Assembly (NCBI GenBank): GCA_046596195.1
Contig: JBKJNA010000233.1
Coordinates: 638-64,637 of the forward strand
Direction: 5' to 3'
DNA from: Acidimicrobiales bacterium
GTDB taxonomy: Bacteria > Actinomycetota > Acidimicrobiia > Acidimicrobiales > GCA-2861595
Length of the DNA: 64,000 bases
Shown: one piece after another, positions 1 to 8,701 of the stretch
Position numbering within the stretch: the first letter of the stretch is position 1
How the letters are laid out: each line of letters begins with the position of its first letter
Notes under the pieces: model-generated
Told to the model about the DNA's origin: nothing
Database searches by the model: none
Seen by the model: only the letters and a program-made list of their open reading frames with translations
Translations under genes and position numbers: made by a program

Positions 1-1026
1 CGATTCGACCGTCAGATCGTGGTGGACCGCCCCGACCTCGAAGGCCGCAAGGCCATCCTCGAGGTCCACGCCAAGGGCAAGCCGCTCGAGGACAACATCG
101 ATCTGGAGATCCTGGCCCGCCGCACGCCCGGGTTCACCGGCGCCGACCTGGCCAACCTCATGAACGAGGCCGCCCTCCTGTCGGCCCGCCACGGCCGCAA
201 GAAGATCGACATGGCGTCGATGGAGGACGCCATTGACCGGGTGATCGGCGGTCCCGAGCGCAAGACGCGGGTGATGAGCGAGAAGGAGAAGCTCGTCATC
301 GCCTACCACGAGGGCGGCCATGCCCTGGTGGGCCACGTGCTGCCGTACGCCGACCCGGTGCACAAGGTGTCGATCGTGGCGCGGGGCCGCGCCCTCGGGT
401 GGACCATGTCGCTGCCCACCGAGGACAAGTACCTGGTGAGCCGGTCCGAGCTGCGTGACCAGCTGGCCGTCCTCATGGGCGGCCGCACCGCCGAGGAGCT
501 CATCTTCTCGGAGATCACCACCGGTGCCGCCAACGACATCGAGAAGGCGTCGGAGATCGCCCGGGCCATGGTCACCCAGTACGGCATGAGCGACGTGCTG
601 GGGCCGCTGCAGCTGGGTGAGAAGAACGGCGAGGTCTTCCTCGGGCGCGACTTCGGCCACCAGGCCAACTACTCCGACGACATGGCGGCCCGCATCGACG
701 CCGAGGTCCGCAAGCTGATCGACGGCGCCCACGACGAGGCGGTCGACATCCTGCGCACCCACCGGGCCACCCTCGACCAGCTGGCGTCGGCGCTCATCGA
801 CCAGGAGACGCTCGACACCGCCGCGCTGATGGAGATCCTTGGCGACCTGCCGCCGTGGGCCACCAAGAAGAAGGTCGACTCCCCGCCGCCCGCCCAGGTG
901 GCGGCGGCGTCCGCCGTCGAGCCCCCGCCGTCGTACGACGAGCGTGGCGGCACGGGGCCTGGCACCGCCGCAAGCCGGCTGAGCCGGAGGCTGCGTCGAG
1001 CGACCAACCGCCCTGCCACGGCGTAG
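1..1026 (+). CDS. ftsH: ATP-dependent zinc metalloprotease FtsH, C-terminal part (5' end upstream of window)
   Basis: The frame is open from nt 1 (RFDRQIVVDRPDLEGRKAILEVHAKGKPL...). It shows an AAA+ lid followed by an M41 peptidase with the HEGGHA zinc motif. ORF track 19..1026. Confidence 0.95.
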   Translation, partial: RFDRQIVVDRPDLEGRKAILEVHAKGKPLEDNIDLEILARRTPGFTGADLANLMNEAALLSARHGRKKIDMASMEDAIDRVIGGPERKTRVMSEKEKLVIAYHEGGHALVGHVLPYADPVHKVSIVARGRALGWTMSLPTEDKYLVSRSELRDQLAVLMGGRTAEELIFSEITTGAANDIEKASEIARAMVTQYGMSDVLGPLQLGEKNGEVFLGRDFGHQANYSDDMAARIDAEVRKLIDGAHDEAVDILRTHRATLDQLASALIDQETLDTAALMEILGDLPPWATKKKVDSPPPAQVAAASAVEPPPSYDERGGTGPGTAASRLSRRLRRATNRPATA

Positions 1027-1029
1027 CCG

Positions 1030-1602
1030 GTGACGGAGGTCGACCGGGGGCGCATCCAGAGGGCGGTGCGGGAGATCCTCGAGGCCATCGGCGAGGATCC
1101 CGAGCGGGACGGTTTGCGGGACACCCCGGCGCGGGTGGCCGACATGTACGCCGAGATCATGGCCGGCCTCCACACCGACCCTCGTGAGGTGCTCGACGTC
1201 ACCTTCGAGGCGGGCCACGACGAGATGGTCATGGTGCTCGACATCCCGCTCTACAGCCTGTGCGAGCACCACCTGGTGCCCTTCGTGGGGAAGGCCCACG
1301 TGGCCTACATCCCGGACGTCGACGGCCGCATCACCGGCCTGTCGAAGCTGGCCCGGCTGGTGGACGGCTACGCCCTGCGGCCGCAGGTGCAGGAGCGCCT
1401 CACCACCCAGATCGCCGACGCCATGGAGGACGTCCTCCAGCCCCGCGGCGTGCTGGTGTCGCTCCAGGCCGAGCACCTGTGCATGTCGATGCGGGGCGTC
1501 AAGAAGCCCGGCACCACCACGGTGACGCAGGCCGTACGGGGGCTGTTCCGGGACGACCCCCGCACCCGGGCCGAGGCGATGGCCTTCATCCACGGTCGGT
1601 AG
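1030..1602 (+). CDS. folE: GTP cyclohydrolase I
   Basis: 190 aa with the FolE-typical strings [23 protein letters not shown] and [12 protein letters not shown] start 4 nt after the ftsH stop. Matches the conserved actinobacterial ftsH-folE-folP-folB-folK order. Confidence 0.95.
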   Translation: MTEVDRGRIQRAVREILEAIGEDPERDGLRDTPARVADMYAEIMAGLHTDPREVLDVTFEAGHDEMVMVLDIPLYSLCEHHLVPFVGKAHVAYIPDVDGRITGLSKLARLVDGYALRPQVQERLTTQIADAMEDVLQPRGVLVSLQAEHLCMSMRGVKKPGTTTVTQAVRGLFRDDPRTRAEAMAFIHGR

Positions 1603-1984
1603 GGACTGCCGGTCGTTTGTATTTTTGCGGCTGGTCGGTGCTCCTCTTCTGTGCCGGCCCCGGGGGGCGGCGGCAACGAGGGGGGATCGCCGGAAGGGCC
1701 GGGCAATGGCGCCCGGTCCTTCGGCGCGTCACGGATCGATGGCGCTCGGTCGCCGGGTACCTACGCCCGCGACCCGGGACCTTCCTTTCTCATTGGACCA
1801 CACCGGATGTGGCCAGACGAGAAAAGAAAGCGCGCCGGCCATCCTCGCGACGATTGCCGGTTCTTCAGCGCCCTCCGCCACTGGAAGGGAAGCGTCTCGA
1901 CCGTGGTGGTGCACCGCAAGGGCAGCAGCGCCCCCGAAGGCGGCGGCGGGCGCCGGCGGGCGCCGGCGGGTACGGTCGCCAGCC

Positions 1985-3412
1985 ATGGCGCGGCGCTACG
2001 ACCTGGTGATCATCGGCATGGGGTCGGGCGGGATGGTGGCGGCCGAGTTCGCGGCCAAGCTGAAGCTGAAGGTGGCGGTGGTCGAGCGGGGGCGGGTGGG
2101 CGGTGACTGCCTGTGGACGGGATGCGTGCCGTCGAAGGCGCTGCTGGCGTCGGCCAAGGTGGCCCACCACCTGCGGACGGCCGACCGGTGGGGGTTACCG
2201 GCCACCGATCCCGCCATCGACACGGCGGCGGTATGGAGGCGCATCCGGGCCGTCCAGCACGACATCGCCGCCACCGACGACAACCCCGATCGCTTCCGGG
2301 CCCTGGGCGTGGAACTGGTCACCGGCACGGCCCGCGTCAGTGGGCCCCACAGGGTCGAGGTGGGCGGGCGAACGCTGCAGACCCGCTACGTCCTGCTCTG
2401 CACGGGCAGCAGGCCGGCTACGCCCCCCATCCCCGGGCTGGTCGAGGCCCGGTACCTCACCAGCGAGAACGTGTTCGAGATCGACAAGGCGCCGGCCCGG
2501 ATCGTCGCCATCGGCGGCGGTCCCATCGCCATCGAGCTGGCCCAGGGCCTCAACAGACTCGGCGTGAAGGTCACCGTCCTCCAGAAGGGACCCGGCATCC
2601 TGCCCCGCGACGAGCCCGAGCTGGTGGCCATCCTCACCCGGCGGCTGCGGGCGGAGGGCGTCGACGTGCGCCTTGACGTCGACATCGAGCGGGTGGCCGT
2701 CACCGACGACGGCGCCAAGGTGGTGCACGGCACCCAGGCCGGCGAGCCCACGTCGTGGGAGGCCGACGAGCTGCTCGTGGGCGTGGGCCGGCGGCCCAAC
2801 GTCGAAGGGCTGGGGCTGGAGGACGTCGGCGTCGAGATCGGGCAACGGGGTGTGAAGGTCGACGACCGCATGCGCTCGACCGTGCCGTCGATCTATGCGG
2901 CCGGCGACGTGGCCGGGCGGTTCCTGTTCACCCATTCGGCCGGCCACGAGGCGGTGCGGGCTGTCCGCGACATGTTCTTTCCCGGCCGAGGCACCGTGAG
3001 CGACCTGGTGCCGTGGTGCACGTTCACCGACCCGGAGCTGGCCCACGCCGGGCTCACCGAGGGCGAGGCCAGGAAGGTCCACGGGGAGGTGCAGGTCCAC
3101 CGGATGGACCTGTCCCACTCGGACCGGGCCAGGGCCGACGGCGACGTCGAGGGCCGCATCGTGGCCGTGTGCGGCCCCAAGGGACGCCTGGTGGGCGCCG
3201 GCATCCTGGCCGCCGGCGCCGGCGAGATGATCCACGAGCTGGCCCTGCTCATCAAGGACGGGCGGCCCCTTACCGACCTTTCCAGCCTCATCCACGTGTA
3301 CCCGACACGGTCCACGTCGATAGGGCAACTGGCGGCCGAGGCCACCTTCGCCTCCGCCCTGCGCCTCGTCTGGGTCACCCGCCTCACCCGGCTGTGGCCG
3401 TTCGGGCGGTGA
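1985..3412 (+). CDS. class I pyridine nucleotide-disulfide oxidoreductase (dihydrolipoyl dehydrogenase / mercuric reductase-like)
   Basis: ATG at 1985 is in frame with ORF 1625..3412. N-terminus MARRYDLVIIGMGSGGM (FAD GxGxxG), redox-active GGDCLWTGCVPSK, and a C-terminal dimerisation region HVYPTRS. The upstream part of the tracked ORF is Arg/Pro/Gly junk. Confidence 0.85.
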   Translation: MARRYDLVIIGMGSGGMVAAEFAAKLKLKVAVVERGRVGGDCLWTGCVPSKALLASAKVAHHLRTADRWGLPATDPAIDTAAVWRRIRAVQHDIAATDDNPDRFRALGVELVTGTARVSGPHRVEVGGRTLQTRYVLLCTGSRPATPPIPGLVEARYLTSENVFEIDKAPARIVAIGGGPIAIELAQGLNRLGVKVTVLQKGPGILPRDEPELVAILTRRLRAEGVDVRLDVDIERVAVTDDGAKVVHGTQAGEPTSWEADELLVGVGRRPNVEGLGLEDVGVEIGQRGVKVDDRMRSTVPSIYAAGDVAGRFLFTHSAGHEAVRAVRDMFFPGRGTVSDLVPWCTFTDPELAHAGLTEGEARKVHGEVQVHRMDLSHSDRARADGDVEGRIVAVCGPKGRLVGAGILAAGAGEMIHELALLIKDGRPLTDLSSLIHVYPTRSTSIGQLAAEATFASALRLVWVTRLTRLWPFGR

Positions 3413-3467
3413 ACATCCCCCGCTGGCGTCGGCTCCGGCGGGGCGGCTGGCCGGTACGCTCGACCCG

Positions 3468-4235
3468 ATGGCCCCCCTCGTGATGGGCGTGCTCAACGTG
3501 ACCCCTGATTCGTTCTCCGACGGCGGGCGGTTCGTCGACCCCCGGCGGGCGGTGACCCACGGCCTCGCATTGGCCGCCGAAGGGGCGGACGTGGTCGACG
3601 TGGGCGGCGAATCCACCCGTCCCGGAGCGGCGCCGGTCGACGAGGCCGAGGAACTGCGCCGGGTGGTCCCGGTGGTGGAGGCGCTGGCACCCCACGTGCG
3701 GGTGTCGATCGACACCACCAAGGCGGGGGTTGCGGCCGCCGCCCTGGAGGCGGGCGCCACCCTGGTGAACGACGTTTCCGCATCGCTGCACGACGTGGCG
3801 GCGGCTGCGGGCGCCGGCTGGGTGGCCATGCACCGCCAGGGCGACCCCCGGTCCATGCAGGTGGCACCTGCCTACGACGACGTGGTGGCCGAGGTGGTCA
3901 ACTTTCTCGCCGAGCGGGCGGAGGCGGCCCGGCAGGCCGGCGTCTCCGAGATCTGGATCGATCCCGGCATCGGCTTCGGCAAGCTGGCCCGTCACAACCT
4001 CCTGCTGCTGCGCCATCTCGACGTGTTGGTCGCCACCGGCCTCCCGGTCGTGGTGGGCAGCAGCCGCAAGTCGTTCCTGGGCGCCCTCGCCGGCGGCACA
4101 GCACCCCACGACCGCCTGGAGGGCTCCCTGGCCACCGCCGTGGTGGCCATGGCCAAGGGCGCCCGGATGGTGCGGGTGCACGACGTGGCCGCCACCGTGC
4201 AGGCCGCCCGCCTGGTGGGGGACGTGGCGGCATGA
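3468..4235 (+). CDS. folP: dihydropteroate synthase
   Basis: 255 aa with MGVLNVTPDSFSDGG, DVGGESTRPGA and GFGK motifs. Confidence 0.95.
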   Translation: MAPLVMGVLNVTPDSFSDGGRFVDPRRAVTHGLALAAEGADVVDVGGESTRPGAAPVDEAEELRRVVPVVEALAPHVRVSIDTTKAGVAAAALEAGATLVNDVSASLHDVAAAAGAGWVAMHRQGDPRSMQVAPAYDDVVAEVVNFLAERAEAARQAGVSEIWIDPGIGFGKLARHNLLLLRHLDVLVATGLPVVVGSSRKSFLGALAGGTAPHDRLEGSLATAVVAMAKGARMVRVHDVAATVQAARLVGDVAA

Positions 4236-4726
4236 GAGGCAAGTGGGCGGCCGGCCTGGCCCCCCGCAACTTCACCTGGATCATCAAGGACTCCCTCGCC
4301 GTGAGCGAGCGGCCGGGGGGCTACGCCCGCAACCACCGCCGGGTCCGCCGCCAGGAGGAGATCATCTGGCTGCGGGAGCAGGGCTTCAGCCGGATCGTCT
4401 CGCTGCTGGGTTCGCCCCACAACCTGCACGCCTACGACGAGTTGGGCGTCACCTGGTCGCACATCCCGTTCAGCACACTCGACGAGCCCCGCACCGTCCT
4501 GCCCGAGCTCTACGGCCGGCTCCAGGGATGGCTGGCGGCGGGCGAGAAGGTCCTCGTCCACCAGGAGGACCTGGGCGACCGCCTCATGGGCGTGATGGCC
4601 GGGTATCTGCTCGTCACCAAGATGATCGAGACAGGGCCCCAGGCCATCGCCGTGGTGGAGCGCATCGTGGCCCGCCAGATGGGGCCCGACGGCCGCCAGC
4701 TGGTCGCCCTCGCCCCCACGCTCTAG
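4232..4726 (+). CDS. dual-specificity/PTP-fold protein lacking the catalytic cysteine (hypothetical)
   Basis: 164 aa. The P-loop position reads VLVHQEDLGDRLMG where HCxxGxxR is expected (Cys replaced by Gln). The start overlaps the folP stop (ATGA) and the stop abuts the folB ATG. Confidence 0.6.
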   Translation: MRGKWAAGLAPRNFTWIIKDSLAVSERPGGYARNHRRVRRQEEIIWLREQGFSRIVSLLGSPHNLHAYDELGVTWSHIPFSTLDEPRTVLPELYGRLQGWLAAGEKVLVHQEDLGDRLMGVMAGYLLVTKMIETGPQAIAVVERIVARQMGPDGRQLVALAPTL

Positions 4727-5107
4727 ATGGCGCCAGTGCCCGCGGGCGACGTGATCGAGCTGCGGGGCCTTCGGGCACTCGGCCGCCACGGGTGCCTCCC
4801 CGAGGAGAAGGAGCGGGACCAGCCCTTCGAGGTCGACCTCGACATCCACCTCGACCTGTCCGTCGCCGGGCGGTCGGACGACCTGGGCGACACGCTGGAC
4901 TACGGCGAAATTGCCGTCGCAGCTGCGGGCATGGTCGCCGGCCCGCCCGCCCATCTGCTCGAGCGGGTGGCCGAGCGCATCGCCGACCGTGTCCTGGCCG
5001 ACGCCCGGGTGACGGCCGTCACCGTCGCCGTGCGCAAGCTGCGCCCGCCCGTGCCGGTCGACCTGGCCACCGCCGGCGTGCGCATCACCCGGCACCGCCC
5101 GGCCTAG
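4727..5107 (+). CDS. folB: dihydroneopterin aldolase
   Basis: 126 aa; LRGLRALGRHGCLPEEKERDQPFEVDLDI is typical FolB. Operon position fits. Confidence 0.9.
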   Translation: MAPVPAGDVIELRGLRALGRHGCLPEEKERDQPFEVDLDIHLDLSVAGRSDDLGDTLDYGEIAVAAAGMVAGPPAHLLERVAERIADRVLADARVTAVTVAVRKLRPPVPVDLATAGVRITRHRPA

Positions 5108-5120
5108 CGGCGGCGGCGAC

Positions 5121-5567
5121 ATGCGGGCCTTCGTCGCCCTCGGCTCCAACCTGGGCGACCGCCGGGCCCACCTGCGCGCCGCGGTGGAAGGTCTTCCCGG
5201 CGTTGTCGCCGTGTCCGGCGTCTACGAGACCGACCCGGTCGGCGGCCCCGGCGGGCAGCCGCCCTACCTGAACGCCGTGGTCGAGCTGGAGACCGATCTG
5301 TCGCCGAGGGCGCTGCTCGACATCGGCCGGCGCCTGGAGGAGGCGGCCGGCCGGGTGCGGGCTGGGCGGTGGGGGCCCCGTACGCTCGACGTCGACATCC
5401 TGCTGGTGGGCGACCTCTCGGTGGACGAGCCCGACCTCACCGTGCCGCATCCGCGCCTGCGTGAGCGGGCGTTCGTGCTCGTCCCCCTCCACGATGTGGC
5501 GCCCCATCTGGCGGGCCTTCGCCCTGCCGACGGGTCGGTCCGGCCCGCCGGCCGGCTGGAGTCGTAG
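5121..5567 (+). CDS. folK: 2-amino-4-hydroxy-6-hydroxymethyldihydropteridine diphosphokinase
   Basis: 148 aa with AFVALGSNLGD, RWGPRTLDVDILL and PHPRLRERAFVLVPL motifs. Confidence 0.92.
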   Translation: MRAFVALGSNLGDRRAHLRAAVEGLPGVVAVSGVYETDPVGGPGGQPPYLNAVVELETDLSPRALLDIGRRLEEAAGRVRAGRWGPRTLDVDILLVGDLSVDEPDLTVPHPRLRERAFVLVPLHDVAPHLAGLRPADGSVRPAGRLES

Positions 5568-5622
5568 GAGCAAACGCGCCCGTTTCGGTGGTGGTTTCAG
5601 CTGCCCTGCCGATAAGACGCCT

Positions 5623-7510
5623 GTGGGCTTCCTCGGATGCACCGAACCGGAGCGCAAGCGGCTGCCCGATCCGGTGGCAGCGCCGGTCGGCACCGTGGCG
5701 GCTGCGGACGGGGTCGACGAGCGGCGGGCGCTGCGCCTGGCCAACCACCGCCTCCGACTGGCCCTCGACGCGGCGGACGACGCCTTCGTCGGCATGGACG
5801 CCGCCGGCTGCATCACGGAGTGGAACCGGACGGCGGAGGCGATGTTCGGCTGGCGGGTCGAGGAGGTGGCCGGCCGCGAACTGGCGGACACGATCGTTCC
5901 CGCCCGCCACCGGGAGGCACACCGGAAGGGCTTGTCCCGGTACCACGAGGCAGACCACGCTGCTCGGCCAGCGTGTCGAGATCACCGCCGTAGACCGCGA
6001 CGGGCGTGAGTTCCCTGTCGAGGTCGCCGTCCGGGCGGTCGACGGCGGCCCCGACGGCAGCAGCTTCTTCGCCTACGTCCAGGACATCTCGGAGCGGCTG
6101 GCGCAGCGGGATGCACTGCGCGAGAGCGAGACGAGGCACCGCGTCCTGGCCGAGCAGCTTGTCGCCGCACAGCAGATCGCCGGGATCGGCAGCTGGGAAT
6201 GGGACGTGCCGGCCAATTCGGTGACCTGGTCTGAGGAGCTGTGCCGGATCTTCGGCGTCCGCCCGGGAAGCCAGCCGCGCACGTATGAGGACTACCTGGC
6301 CGCCGTGCACCCCGAGGACAGGCACGACACGGACGCCATGATCCGTCTCACCTACGCGGCCGGCAAGGCCTTCAGCTTCGACCATCGCGTCGTGCACCCG
6401 GACGGCACCGTGCGGAACATCCACTCGCGGGGCGACGTGACCATGGGGGACGACGGCATGGTGTTGCGCCTCGCCGGGACGGCGCAGGACGTGACCGACA
6501 GCGTCGCTGCGGCGATCGCCCTGCGCGACAGCGAGCGCGGCCTGGCCGAGGCCCAGCGGATCGCCCGGCTGGGGAGCTGGGAGTGGGACCCGGCGTCCGG
6601 CCGCGTGATCTGGTCCGCCCAGATGTGCAGCCTGCTGGCTCTGGACCCGGGGACCGCAGGGGTCGAGCCGGGGGACTTCGTCACCGCCCACCGGCGCTAT
6701 CTGGATGCGGTCCATCCGGAGGACCGGGCCGAGGCCGAGTCGGCCATCGGCACGGCCATCGAGACGCGCCAGGAGTACGCCTTCGACCACCGCCTGGTGG
6801 GGACGGACGGCGCCGTCACCTGGGTCCAAGGCCGCATCCGGGCCGAATTCGACGACGACGGCGTCCCGAGCCGGGTGCACGGGACGGCGGTGGACATCAC
6901 CGAGCGGGTCGCCCTCGAGCAGGAGTTGACGGCCCTCGCGCTGTTCGACGACCTCACCGGTCTCCACAACCGCCGAGGCTTCGTCACCCTGGCCGACCAC
7001 CACCTCGCCCTGGCCATGCGTACCGGCCGGCCGGTTCCCCTGCTGTTCGTCGACATGGACGGCATGAAGACCATCAACGACACGTACGGCCACAACGAGG
7101 GGGACCGGGCGCTGGTGGATGTGGCGTCGTTCCTGCGGGCCGCCCTGCGCGCCTCGGACCTGGTGGCCCGTGTCGGTGGTGACGAATTCTGCATCCTCAT
7201 GGTCGACGACGGCTCGGGGTCCGCCACCGACGTCGAGCGGGTGGCGGAAGGCCTCCGCGCCGGCCCGCCCCGGGGCGGTCGGGCCTACCCACTGACCCTG
7301 AGCGTGGGTATAGCCGGGCTCGAGCCGAGATCGATGTGGTGCGTCGCACGAGATCGACCGCATGGACTGGTTCGTGGCCGGCGTGGAGGGCGACGTGCCG
7401 GCGCGGTAGCCCGACGGCCGGGCCGGCGAGCCGGGGGCGGTACCATCGGTTCCACGGACGGCACCCCGGAAGGGGGCCGGAACGGAAGGGCCCGGCTCTG
7501 CGCGACATGA
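5623..7510 (+). pseudogene. PAS-PAS-PAS-GGDEF diguanylate cyclase, frameshifted as sequenced (about nt 5950)
   Basis: The first PAS domain starts in frame 1 (FVGMDAAGCITEWNRTAEAMFGW...HRKGLSRYHE) and continues in frame 2 (TTLLGQRVEITAVDRDGREFPVEV). Two more PAS domains follow (GSWEWD repeats), then a GGDEF domain with an RASD I-site and VGGDEF. The start (GTG 5623) and the 3' end (7510 vs about 7409) are uncertain. Confidence 0.8.
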
Positions 7511-8331
7511 ACCTGATCGACACCATCCCGGCGCTGCGCAAAGCGCTCGATGCCGAGCGGGCGGCCGGGGGCACAGTCGGCCTGGTTCCCACCATGGGCG
7601 CGCTGCACGAGGGTCACCTGTCGCTGGTGCGGCGAGCCGCCGCCGAGTGCGACGCGGTGGCGGTCACCGTCTTCGTCAACCCCCTTCAGTTCGGGCCGGG
7701 CGAGGACCTGGCCGCCTACCCCCGGCGCCTGGACGGCGACGCCGCCCTGGCCGGGGGGGCCGGCGCCTCCTACCTCTTCGCCCCGTCAGTGGAGGAGATG
7801 TTCCCGGCCCGCACACTGACCGTTGTGCACGTGGCCGAGGTCGGCGACGGGCGCGAGGGCGGCGCCCGGCCTGGGCACTTCGATGGCGTGGCCACGGTGG
7901 TGGCCAAGCTGTTCGCCGTGGCCGGCGCGTGCCGGGCGTACTTCGGCGAGAAGGACCACCAGCAGCTGGAAGTGGTTCGGCGCATGGCCGCCGACCTGTC
8001 CTTCCCGGTAGAGATCGTGGCCTGCCCCACGGTGCGGGAGGCCGACGGGCTGGCCCTGTCGAGCCGCAACGACTACCTGTCGGCGGCCGAGCGGGCGGCC
8101 GCCCCGGTCATCCACCGGGCCCTGCTGGCCGGGCGGGCGCTGGTGGAGCGGGGCGTCACCGGTCCGGCCGCAATCGGCGCGGCCATGGCGGAGGTCCTCG
8201 CCACCGAGCCCGCCGCCCGCCTCGACTACGCCGAGGCGGTGGCGGGTGCCGACGGGACGGTGCGGCTCCTTGTGGCCGCCCGCATCGGCACCACCCGCTT
8301 GATCGACAACCTGGAGGCCACAGGCCGGTGA
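7507..8331 (+). CDS. panC: pantoate--beta-alanine ligase
   Basis: [11 protein letters not shown]...[17 protein letters not shown] is the PanC signature. ATG 7507 overlaps the upstream stop (ATGA). The tracked ORF 7336.. carries a spurious N-terminal extension. Confidence 0.95.
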   Translation: MNLIDTIPALRKALDAERAAGGTVGLVPTMGALHEGHLSLVRRAAAECDAVAVTVFVNPLQFGPGEDLAAYPRRLDGDAALAGGAGASYLFAPSVEEMFPARTLTVVHVAEVGDGREGGARPGHFDGVATVVAKLFAVAGACRAYFGEKDHQQLEVVRRMAADLSFPVEIVACPTVREADGLALSSRNDYLSAAERAAAPVIHRALLAGRALVERGVTGPAAIGAAMAEVLATEPAARLDYAEAVAGADGTVRLLVAARIGTTRLIDNLEATGR

Positions 8332-8689
8332 GACGGCAGATGCTGAAGTCCAAGATCCACCGGGCCACCGTCACCGATGCCAACGTCGACTACGTGGGGT
8401 CCGTCACCATCGACGCCGGCCTGCTGCGGCGGGCCGACATCCGCGAGCACGAGCAGGTGCACGTGGTCGATGTGGACAACGGCGCCCGCCTCGTCACCTA
8501 CGCCATCGCCGGCGGGGCGGGGGAGCTGTGCCTCAACGGGCCGCCGCCCGCCTCGTCGAACCCGGTCATCGGGTGATCGTGATCAGCTATGCCGAGTACG
8601 ACGAGGCCGAGCTCGACGCCCACCAGCCGATCGTCGTCCACGTCGACGCCTCCAACAAACCCATCGCCCCGGCCGCCGCCGGCCGGTAG
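8328..8689 (+). pseudogene. panD: aspartate 1-decarboxylase, frameshifted as sequenced (about nt 8539)
   Basis: (V)[28 protein letters not shown]...ELCLNG is in frame 3. The rest ([35 protein letters not shown]) is in frame 2 and ends at TAG 8687-8689. The shift sits at a G-run (aacggg/gcc). Confidence 0.9.
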
Positions 8690-8701
8690 ATTCGCCCGAC
8701 G

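Noticed and set aside
1860-1965. Cobalamin-riboswitch-like strings (GCCGGTTCTTCAGCGCCCTCCGCCACTGGAAGGGAAGCG ... CCCCGAAGGCGG)
   Set aside because: CCGCCACUG and GGGAAG resemble B12-element pieces. The GGUGnnAAnUCC segment and the ...AGACCUGCC B12 box are absent, and the downstream oxidoreductase is not an expected B12-regulated gene. Only a covariance-model scan could revive this.
7327-7409. Additional frameshifts at the 3' end of the GGDEF gene (AD.AMY-like remnants in other frames, alternative stop TAG 7407-7409)
   Set aside because: The similarity is too weak to call by eye. It is noted only as uncertainty about the 3' boundary.
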